Source: an uncultured virus (IMG/VR IMGVR_UViG_3300008116_000013) (lineage: Duplodnaviria > Heunggongvirae > Uroviricota > Caudoviricetes). Taken from it: 64,000 nucleotides of DNA. The stretch is from the IMG/VR virus record IMGVR_UViG_3300008116_000013. One strand, 5' to 3'. Position 1 is the first letter of the stretch. Each line of letters opens with the position of its first letter. Under the pieces are notes generated by a model. The model was given only the letters and a program-made list of their open reading frames with translations. It was not told the DNA's origin and did no database searches. This document shows, piece after piece, positions 57,001 through 64,000 of the stretch. Both the position numbers and the translations under genes were made by a program.

Positions 57001-57842
57001 TTTCCTGTTGCACTTAAATAATTACGAGCAGCACTTAATGATCCAGTAGAAGGAAGAGTAGTTCTAGTATCATTTGAATAAGAAATCTTATCCATTGTCG
57101 TTAAATCTACATTAGTAGGTTGCCTACCACCACCAAAATACCCTGCAGTTGAGTTTCCTGTAGATGCTGCACCACGTCTACCACCACTTAAAGCAGCGCC
57201 AGGAACTGCTGCTGTGGTATCTGATGAATAAGTGACCTTATCCATTGTTGAAATTGAAGAAAATCCACCACCAAAGTATCCTGCAGTTGAGTTTCCTGTT
57301 GCAGTAAGTCCTTGACGAGGGATACTTAATGCAGCACCAGGAACAGCAGCAGTAGTATCAGTTGAATAAGTAACCTTATCCATTGTTGAATAAGTTGCTG
57401 GTGCAGGAGTACTACCACCACCAAAGTATCCTGCTGTTGAGTTTCCTGTTGCAGCAAGAGCACTACGAGCAACACTTAAAAGTCCTGAACCAGGAAGTGC
57501 TATGGTTGTATCTGTTGAATAAGTTACCTTATCGAGTGTTGAGTAATTTGGGCCGACGGAACTTCCACCTCCAAAATATCCTGATGTTGAGTTTCCTGTA
57601 GCAGCAAGAGTATAACGAGCAACACTTAATCTGGCACCAGGGACTGCTGCTGTGGTATCTGATGAATAAGTGACCTTATCCATTGCTGATTGTACTGCTG
57701 GACCAGGAACAACACCACCACCAAAGTATCCAGTGTTTGGTATTGGTGCCAATAACCAAACATCATTTAGTGGAACCCATTCATCAAGACGTTTTATCTT
57801 ATATGCAAGTTTTAAACTAAAAACACCACGAGTATCTGCCAT
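54051..57842 (-). CDS. Repeat protein C: 24 kelch-like repeats (4 x 6), probable beta-propeller virion protein
   Basis: Same repeat as A and B; leader MADTRGVFSL...W. Confidence 0.8.
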   Translation of the reverse strand: MADTRGVFSLKLAYKIKRLDEWVPLNDVWLLAPIPNTGYFGGGVVPGPAVQSAMDKVTYSSDTTAAVPGARLSVARYTLAATGNSTSGYFGGGSSVGPNYSTLDKVTYSTDTTIALPGSGLLSVARSALAATGNSTAGYFGGGSTPAPATYSTMDKVTYSTDTTAAVPGAALSIPRQGLTATGNSTAGYFGGGFSSISTMDKVTYSSDTTAAVPGAALSGGRRGAASTGNSTAGYFGGGRQPTNVDLTTMDKISYSNDTRTTLPSTGSLSAARNYLSATGNSTAGYFGGGGASPRSTMDKLIYSSETTAAVSGAALSAARYGLAASSARANSLPELPLQSGPSLRFSDATPSPNTGYFGGGGFPARSTMDKVTYSSDTTAAVPGAALSIARYLLAATGSSTAGYFGGGGFPIRSTMDKVTYSTDTTAAVPGAALSVARSGLAATGNSTSGYFGGGGGGGSRSTMDKVTYSSDTTAAVPGAALSAARYGLSATGNSTAGYFGGGSGPRSTMDKVTYASDTTAAVPGAALSAARYALAATGSSTAGYFGGGNTPGPVLYSTMDKVTYSSDTTAAVPGAALSVARDTLAATGSSTAGYFGGGAPGPLSTMDKVTYASDITAAVPGASLSVARYGLAASSARANALPQPPAATPTPATVFASSPNTGYFGGGSPGPVSTMDKVTYSSDTTAQVPGASLSAARYGVAATGNSTAGYFGGGLAFPAIYSTMDKVTYSSDTTAAVPGAALSVARAYLAATGNSIAGYYGGGRVSPNNYSIMDKVTYSTDTTAAVPGAAFNPARGEFSATGNSDAGYFGGGTSPGGTLSTMNKLTYSTDTNSAIPSASFSTTIGGTGSTGNATDGYFGGGAPGPLSTMNKVTYSTDTRSTVPGAVLSAVRYFLAATGNSSAGYFGGGNPGPRSTMDKVTYASDTTAAVPGAALSVARNTLSASSARANALPQTFETPSFAPTPNTGYFGGGSPVASTMDKVTYASDTTAAVPGAALSVARRYVAATGNSTAGYFGGGEPGPVSTMDKVTYSSDTTAAVPGARLSVARNGLAATGSSTAGYFGGGTVPPSFYSTMDKVTYSSDTTAAVPGAALSAARHGVAATGNSTAGYFGGGASPSLVSTMDKVTYASDTTAAVPGANLTVARYLLAATGNSTAGYFGGGSPTSSIMDKVTYASDTTAAVPGAALSVARFAFAATGNSTAGYFGGGFSGSIRSTMDKVTYASDTTAAVPGAALSVARNGLAASSARANALPETAPGPFVV

Positions 57843-57846
57843 AAAA

Positions 57847-59013
57847 TTATAAAGTTATTTTTTTACCTGATACTTGAACGTCGATTGTAGAAGTTTGGTC
57901 AACTTGAACTTTAATTATATCATTTGGATTTAATCTTTTCTGTGTATCTAAAATTTCTACACTTGCATATTTTGGAATAATTAAATTATCAACTAAATTA
58001 ATTGTTGTAAGTCCACTTGTTATTGAAACTGAAATTGGATAACCACCAGAGTCTGTTCTATTTGCTAATCGAATAGATTGTACAACACTTGGAAAAGTTG
58101 TTGATGTATATAATGTAGAAAGATCCGTTGTTCCAATTCCAACAGTTCCCAGTCCAACACCAAAATAATTTGTATCTATTCTTTCCTGATAGGTAACATA
58201 AACTTGAGCAATACTGTCAATTCCAACTCTATTGTAATCAGTGGATCTCATTACAATGCTATCAGATGGATTCAAAACTTGAGGTTGTTTTAAAAGTTCT
58301 ACGGATGTTCCTGTTGGGACGGGAATATTGTAAGCAAAATAACTTCTTTCCCCACCACTAAAATCAAAGGCACCAATAACATTAATTTCTGTGTTTCCAG
58401 CAGCAACATTTGCAACGTTAATTGAATAAATTAAATATCGCCTTTCAGTAGTTGATGGTAAACTAAGAATGTTTGCACCAAGACCAGTCAGTGTTGTTGA
58501 AAAAGCACTTGTAACTCCAACATTAAAATTTGTCCCATCAACGGCACGAGTTGCATCACCATAATATGTTATAATTCCAGTGGTTGCACTAGCAATTCCA
58601 GAACTAATTTTCAGAGTTCCTAATGTCGATACACCTGATACAAATAATTGAGATGTTGATGTTCCACTACCAGTTACTGTAAGAGTATTCGTTGCATTTG
58701 TTGTTCCAATACCCAGATTTCCTGTTGATGGAACGAAAACAAGTGGAGTTGATGTTGAAGAAATTCCAAGTACAGATGTTGATGAACTTGCTACTAGTGT
58801 TACATAATTAAAAGATGAAGATGTTGTGGTTGAAATATTTAAATTAGCAGTAGGACTAACAATGTTTGTTAATTTAGATCCATCTCCATAGTATGTAACA
58901 ACACCAGCAGTTGCAGTAACAATACCTGATCCAATTTGTATTGTTCCTACAGTAGCACTGGTATCAATAGTCGCTGTTCCGTAAATCCTTGTACCAGATT
59001 TGAGTTTTGCCAT
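57847..59013 (-). CDS. Virion structural / fibre-like protein
   Basis: MAKLKSGTRIYG, YYGDGSKLT, LGIGTT motifs; two related C-terminal domains. Confidence 0.65.
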   Translation of the reverse strand: MAKLKSGTRIYGTATIDTSATVGTIQIGSGIVTATAGVVTYYGDGSKLTNIVSPTANLNISTTTSSSFNYVTLVASSSTSVLGISSTSTPLVFVPSTGNLGIGTTNATNTLTVTGSGTSTSQLFVSGVSTLGTLKISSGIASATTGIITYYGDATRAVDGTNFNVGVTSAFSTTLTGLGANILSLPSTTERRYLIYSINVANVAAGNTEINVIGAFDFSGGERSYFAYNIPVPTGTSVELLKQPQVLNPSDSIVMRSTDYNRVGIDSIAQVYVTYQERIDTNYFGVGLGTVGIGTTDLSTLYTSTTFPSVVQSIRLANRTDSGGYPISVSITSGLTTINLVDNLIIPKYASVEILDTQKRLNPNDIIKVQVDQTSTIDVQVSGKKITL

Positions 59014-59016
59014 TTC

Positions 59017-62000
59017 TTATGCCTGTGCCTCCGTCCAAGAAAGTCTACCTAAAACATCTGCAGATCCAGAAGCTGCTAAGTTAGTAACAACAAACGTAAG
59101 AACATCAGGACCATCTGGATAAATTTGTTCTCTAGATGTTACTCCTCCACCACCAAGAATTGAATTACCAAGATCTCTAAGTCCTGTAAGATCGAGTCTA
59201 TCAGTGCTACTTACATAGAAACCAGCAATCGTCTCACCTCCAGAAACTGTTGTTGTTCCTCCTGCATAGTTTGCAATTTGAGCAAGAGAAGAGTTTACAG
59301 CACCAGTAACGTTACCAACAGCATTTGTCCAGTTCGTTGTTGACGATGGAGTTCCGTTTAGAATTGCAGTAATCAGCAAGTTACCAGTACCACCACGAAT
59401 TGAAATACCAATACTGTCCAGAGTCAATTGAAGTCTATTAACAAGTTCTCTTGCCCCAAATGCTGCTGCAATTCCATTATCAACCGATGGTGCAACACGA
59501 ATCGAAAACAGTGCTCTCGATGCACCAGCAGCAACGGCAGTTACTGTTTGTTGTCCGAACGTAAAGATCAAAGATTTATCATCGTCAAATCTTCCATCCA
59601 TAATCACCGATGTACCCCAGTGTGAAATAGAGGGACCAAATGTTGGGAATGCAAGTTCAACAGCAACAGGATCAGCAGGTGAATAAGTAAATGAAGATCC
59701 TGCAATACCAGTTCCCATTGGTGCAGCGATTACAGTTGGATTTTGAGATGTTGCTCCTTGACTTAAAACAATAGTTCCAACTCCAACAGAACTAATAAAT
59801 GTACCTTCTGGGAATCCTCCAATAACTCTTTGACCGACTTGAAGGTTTGTTGTAGTTGCTGTTGCTACATTTTGACCTGTAATAATACCTGTTAATGATA
59901 ATGATGCATTTCCAGATCGGGCCCGAGTAACATTTGTAAATGATGTTGTTCCAATACCAGCATAATTTACATACTCATAAGTGGATGCATTTCGAATCAA
60001 TATAGTTCCTGAGGGAGGGAATCCTGCAGTACTTGCAACACCAACATAGTTATCAGATTCTGCAACATTGCTAGAAATTTTTGTTGTTGGAGGTCTGCTT
60101 TCAGATTCATAACGTCCAGGTAAGTTTCCTGAACGCATATATGCTTCTGCATTGACATTATTATTAATCAGTTTATGACAATAAATGACATCGCCAGTTG
60201 ATCCTCTAAGTCCCCAACGAATAAATCCAGCACCATACCAAGAGTAGTCAATGTAGAACATCTGCATCTTGGTGAGATCTATATTATATCCAGAAGGACC
60301 AGTGCCGTCACACTTATCAATATTCCATTGAGATTGTGGAATTCTTGTTTCTGTTGTTTTGGACATAATCACATAGTCTGAGCTTGCTCCTCTGTATGAA
60401 GGAGAAATAGTCATCGATGTATCACTTGCAATATCAACAACACGATAAGATTGACCACGAATGACAACAAAGTCTCCAATATCTAATTGTTTTGAGAAAT
60501 ATGTTGGAAATGATGCATTTGTTTGAGAAATTGTATTAATACCACTAGTGGCAGTAACCTTTCCAGAAAGTTGGAATGTTGAACTTCTACGAACTGCATA
60601 AAGTTGTTGGCCATCAAACTCAAAGAAAAGACCATTTTGAGAGTCAAAGATTCCAAGTCTATTTACACACCCATACCAAGAAGATACTGATGCATTATAA
60701 GATCCTGATGCTGGAGTTGCAGTTGGAACAGTTGATGCAGTATATTGAAATGTGTTATATCCAGTAATGTTATTAATAGTAAATGTTCCATTATATCCAG
60801 ATTCATTTGCTCCAGAAACAGTAATGACAGTTCCTGGTTGAATATTATGCTGCTCTTTTGTCTGAACCGTTACTGTTGTACCAATAGATGTTAAAGAGTC
60901 TAATTGTAGGTTTGGTTTTAAAATTGTACCAGAACTGACCTGAATACCTTTACCAGACTGATAACGGAAATATCTTCTTGTTTGACGAATCGCAGTCTCA
61001 AAGTTAGCATTCGCATTACTTGAAAAAATAACTCCACCATCAAATGGTCTATGTAAAAATTGTCCTTGAGGTCTTACAAAAATTCTTCCACCTGTTGGGT
61101 TTGCTGCTGGTGCTGTTGTTGAATAATAAGTGAACTGGGTATTGCTATTGATTCTTGCAACAACATATGATCCATTTGCATTTACTTGAGATGATCCAAC
61201 AATTGCAACCTCATTTCCAATAGCAAGACCATGAGGAACTGTTGTCGTTACTGGGATTGCTGTTCCAGAAGTCCATCCAAATGTTGGAGTTCCACCAATT
61301 GCAGCATTTGTATAAGTGCTTCCACTAAAAATACCAGTTTTATTGGAATCAAGTAATTGATTAATTGATGTTGTATTTGATGCTCTTGAAGTATATGTAA
61401 ATATTGTGTTTCCCGAACCAGTTACAGTCTCCACAATAAAATTACCATTTGCAATGGAAAGATATGTGTCCTGAACTGTAATTGCTGTTCCAACTCCAGG
61501 AGCAGCTGCCTGCAATCCTACACTCACTGTTCTAGAATTTGTAGGTAATGAAATATAATTAATTGTTGCAATACCTACAGGAGATGAAAATACAAATGGA
61601 CGATTATTAATCATTGCCAAGTTTTCCCACTTGGTGATCTGAGTACCATATTCAAAGTCGGTATCAATCAGTGCCTGTGGTTCTGATACTCTGAACTTAT
61701 TAACAGGATCAGTGACAATCTCAGCTGGTAAGAACTTCTCCTCATATTCATCTACAATGATTTGAAGTTTATCAGTGCTGCTCATTGAAGCAGTACTATA
61801 ATTTAAAACGAGTGTCGTAGTTGTAACTCCAGCACTTGAAGTTGCGATTGTATAAGAAGTTGCTCTTAAGTTATTATCAGAAAAATTATAAATTACTGTA
61901 TTTGTCGTTACGTTTGTAATTAAAATTAATCTTTCTCTAGGTATTGCACGAGGAATGACTACAGTATTTGTAGAAGGAGTAAATGTATATCCAGTTTCCA

Positions 62001-62019
62001 GTATTGCTTTTCTAGCCAT
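59017..62019 (-). CDS. Large virion structural protein (baseplate/fibre-associated)
   Basis: LILITNVT..VIYNF, RVSEPQALIDTDFEYG, RQTRRYFRYQSGKG, HGL..G repeats. Confidence 0.7.
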   Translation of the reverse strand: MARKAILETGYTFTPSTNTVVIPRAIPRERLILITNVTTNTVIYNFSDNNLRATSYTIATSSAGVTTTTLVLNYSTASMSSTDKLQIIVDEYEEKFLPAEIVTDPVNKFRVSEPQALIDTDFEYGTQITKWENLAMINNRPFVFSSPVGIATINYISLPTNSRTVSVGLQAAAPGVGTAITVQDTYLSIANGNFIVETVTGSGNTIFTYTSRASNTTSINQLLDSNKTGIFSGSTYTNAAIGGTPTFGWTSGTAIPVTTTVPHGLAIGNEVAIVGSSQVNANGSYVVARINSNTQFTYYSTTAPAANPTGGRIFVRPQGQFLHRPFDGGVIFSSNANANFETAIRQTRRYFRYQSGKGIQVSSGTILKPNLQLDSLTSIGTTVTVQTKEQHNIQPGTVITVSGANESGYNGTFTINNITGYNTFQYTASTVPTATPASGSYNASVSSWYGCVNRLGIFDSQNGLFFEFDGQQLYAVRRSSTFQLSGKVTATSGINTISQTNASFPTYFSKQLDIGDFVVIRGQSYRVVDIASDTSMTISPSYRGASSDYVIMSKTTETRIPQSQWNIDKCDGTGPSGYNIDLTKMQMFYIDYSWYGAGFIRWGLRGSTGDVIYCHKLINNNVNAEAYMRSGNLPGRYESESRPPTTKISSNVAESDNYVGVASTAGFPPSGTILIRNASTYEYVNYAGIGTTSFTNVTRARSGNASLSLTGIITGQNVATATTTNLQVGQRVIGGFPEGTFISSVGVGTIVLSQGATSQNPTVIAAPMGTGIAGSSFTYSPADPVAVELAFPTFGPSISHWGTSVIMDGRFDDDKSLIFTFGQQTVTAVAAGASRALFSIRVAPSVDNGIAAAFGARELVNRLQLTLDSIGISIRGGTGNLLITAILNGTPSSTTNWTNAVGNVTGAVNSSLAQIANYAGGTTTVSGGETIAGFYVSSTDRLDLTGLRDLGNSILGGGGVTSREQIYPDGPDVLTFVVTNLAASGSADVLGRLSWTEAQA

Positions 62020-62056
62020 AACTATTGGTACTTTTTATTTTATTTATGTTCATGTC

Positions 62057-63622
62057 TTAATAATCAGTTCCAGAAACATAATAACCAGTATAAATTGTCC
62101 AAGACGTTCCAGTGCTATTTCCTTCAAAAACATAACTTTGATTTGCTGCTTGTGTATAAGTTGCATATGCTGTAGATGTATTTGCAACGTTTGCTACCCC
62201 ACCCGTTCGATTATGATTTCCAACTAATAATTCAAGAACATTTTTATTGCCAAATAAAGATGGATTAAATAAAGTAATTTCAAGAGTGATTCCAGGAGAT
62301 CCTACCGTTCCACTTGTCGAACCATTTCCTTCATAACGAATGCGAACATAATTTGTTCCAGAAGCAAAACTTGAAACTCTTTGAAAAGAATTATCAGAAG
62401 CACCAAACATAAATTTATTTAATGCTGGGTTGGATGCAGACAAACCATTAAAAGCTGACGATCCAGAACCAAATGTAAGATATGTATTTGATCCCATATA
62501 CGTTGTTGTATATCCAGTTGAATTGAATGTAAATGTAAATGGAATGTTAATTGTTACAAAACTATCATCAGCAGAAGCATTTTGAAGTCCTGTCCAACTT
62601 CCTGTTGGGGGATAAGTACCTCCACCTGCACCATAAACAGGTGCTTTTGTTCCCAATGCAATTGAATAAAGAGATGCTGGTGGTTCAGTAATCTCAATTA
62701 CATCACTTCTTCCAATAATTGTTCCTGTGATACTATCTGTTCTCACCTCTAATAAAAATTTATCTCCAGGATCTGTAGAATCACTTGCTACACTTAATGT
62801 TACACTTCCTGATCCTGAAGTAATTGTAAATGATCCTGACAATGCTGCTGGAGAAAAGTCTGCTGCTACAATTGTACCTGCAGCAGTGTATATGGTCCAG
62901 TATAAAGTTCCAGAAGAAAAATTATTAGTATAAATGCTAAAAGTTACAGAAGATCCTTCAGCAACAGATCTAGTGCTTGCAAAAACTCCTGCTGATGGAG
63001 GAGTAGATGTATCTTGGATGGTAACAACAGAACTTGTTCCAACTACATTTCCAGTGAACGTATCTTTTCTAAGTAAAAGTTGAAAACTTTCTGTCCCTTC
63101 TAGAGTTGTATCGTTTGCCAATGTTAAAGAAACACTTCCACTACTCGAAGTAATTGTAACCGTTCCTTGTATTGCTCCACCAGAAAAATCAGATCCTGTT
63201 AATGTTCCACTCAGAGAATTGAGTGTCCAATATAAAGTTCCAGACGTAAAATTTGTTGTTGCAATTGTAAATGTAACTGAAGATCCCTCATTTAATGTAG
63301 AAACTGATGGTGTTACGGTAGCACTAATTGGATCAAATTGTGTAATCTCATCAATCTCAGTATAGATAATTGCACTCTTATCTGTATTATGTCTCATATA
63401 TCTACCCCGTCCTGGACCATAAACTGCTCCAGCAAAGTCATCATACACAATATCATATGGTGCAAAAATATTTGCAGTGATTGTTGTAACACCAACATTC
63501 TCAGAAAATTCAGAAGAATAGAATGTACTTAAACCAGTTACACCAATATTATTAGCGGTCGTTTCATCAAATTCAGTCGCTACTAACGCTGCATATTGAT
63601 CTAGTCGTCCTACAACTGGCAT
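62057..63622 (-). CDS. Virion protein with two Calx-beta/Ig-like repeats
   Basis: Duplicated EGSSVTFTI.T......LYWT...DF...G...I..G.G.V.L..A.D...EG.E.F. Confidence 0.7.
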   Translation of the reverse strand: MPVVGRLDQYAALVATEFDETTANNIGVTGLSTFYSSEFSENVGVTTITANIFAPYDIVYDDFAGAVYGPGRGRYMRHNTDKSAIIYTEIDEITQFDPISATVTPSVSTLNEGSSVTFTIATTNFTSGTLYWTLNSLSGTLTGSDFSGGAIQGTVTITSSSGSVSLTLANDTTLEGTESFQLLLRKDTFTGNVVGTSSVVTIQDTSTPPSAGVFASTRSVAEGSSVTFSIYTNNFSSGTLYWTIYTAAGTIVAADFSPAALSGSFTITSGSGSVTLSVASDSTDPGDKFLLEVRTDSITGTIIGRSDVIEITEPPASLYSIALGTKAPVYGAGGGTYPPTGSWTGLQNASADDSFVTINIPFTFTFNSTGYTTTYMGSNTYLTFGSGSSAFNGLSASNPALNKFMFGASDNSFQRVSSFASGTNYVRIRYEGNGSTSGTVGSPGITLEITLFNPSLFGNKNVLELLVGNHNRTGGVANVANTSTAYATYTQAANQSYVFEGNSTGTSWTIYTGYYVSGTDY

Positions 63623-63626
63623 AATC

Positions 63627-64000
63627 TTATCCTGCTACAAAGTCTAAACTATTATTTGTTGAATTATATTGTATATAAAAATTTGTTGTACCAGTAGTTC
63701 CACCGAATCTTAAAGTATTTGTAGATCTAATTCTTAAGTCTCCCGTAACATCTGCAGTAAATGCTGGATTTGTATTTCCAATTCCAAGTCTTGTTGTTGA
63801 TGGATTAAATACAAGACTTGATGTAGTAACTCCTAATCCAGTTGTTGTTCCTGTAGAAACTGCATATGTTAAAAATTGTGCCTGGTTTGTAGTATTAGTT
63901 GAAATTGATACGCCACTACTACCGCCACTACCAGAAATACTAATATCAACAATTTTAGTTGTGGAATTGTAACTAAAGGTATTTCCTGCTCCAATAAAGT
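63627..64000 (-). CDS. C-terminal part of a fibre-like protein (truncated by window edge)
   Basis: Open frame ...FNPSTTRLGIGNTNP...YNSTNNSLDFVAG*. Confidence 0.6.
   Translation of the reverse strand, partial: FIGAGNTFSYNSTTKIVDISISGSGGSSGVSISTNTTNQAQFLTYAVSTGTTTGLGVTTSSLVFNPSTTRLGIGNTNPAFTADVTGDLRIRSTNTLRFGGTTGTTNFYIQYNSTNNSLDFVAG

Noticed and set aside
41237..57842. Regular ~140-150-bp repeats with variable spacers, superficially like a CRISPR array
   Set aside because: The repeats are in-frame protein-coding units with third-position variation; no cas operon or leader is present
41237..57842. Diversity-generating retroelement
   Set aside because: No reverse transcriptase in the window; variation includes indels and is not adenine-specific

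Overview
This is a 64-kb segment of a T4-like cyanomyovirus genome (Kyanoviridae-type; a freshwater picocyanobacterial host is inferred, not shown). Almost all genes are on the minus strand. In order along the window: small hypothetical genes, a HiPIP-like gene and an HNH endonuclease (0-3.4 kb); a DNA methyltransferase, an HNH protein and an SF2 helicase (3.4-6.1 kb); tail-fibre genes and a flavin halogenase (6.2-16.6 kb); three tRNAs, one of them tRNA-Leu(UAA) with a 200-nt group I intron (17 kb); the baseplate/tail/head-completion block (gp5, gp27-like, gp26, gp51, gp54, gp4, gp2, gp48, gp53; 18-31 kb); a Mom-like gene, gp32, gp59, gp33, a frameshifted exonuclease, phoH, thyX and two GIY-YIG endonucleases (31-38 kb); glutaredoxin and a candidate sRNA (40 kb). 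An accessory island (40-58 kb) holds three paralogous proteins of 24 repeats each (4 x 6 blades, beta-propeller-like) interleaved with 2OG-Fe(II) oxygenases, a sulfotransferase and glycosyltransferases. Further virion genes follow (58-64 kb). The most notable observations are: (1) the propeller/modifying-enzyme island; (2) a GIY-YIG gene inserted between two tandem glutamine-riboswitch aptamers, with its ends able to base-pair, downstream of an NtcA box and upstream of a DUF4278-like gene; (3) a HiPIP carrying a T4-type capsid-targeting leader; (4) the tRNA intron. All family calls come from motif recognition by eye; no database searches were run.
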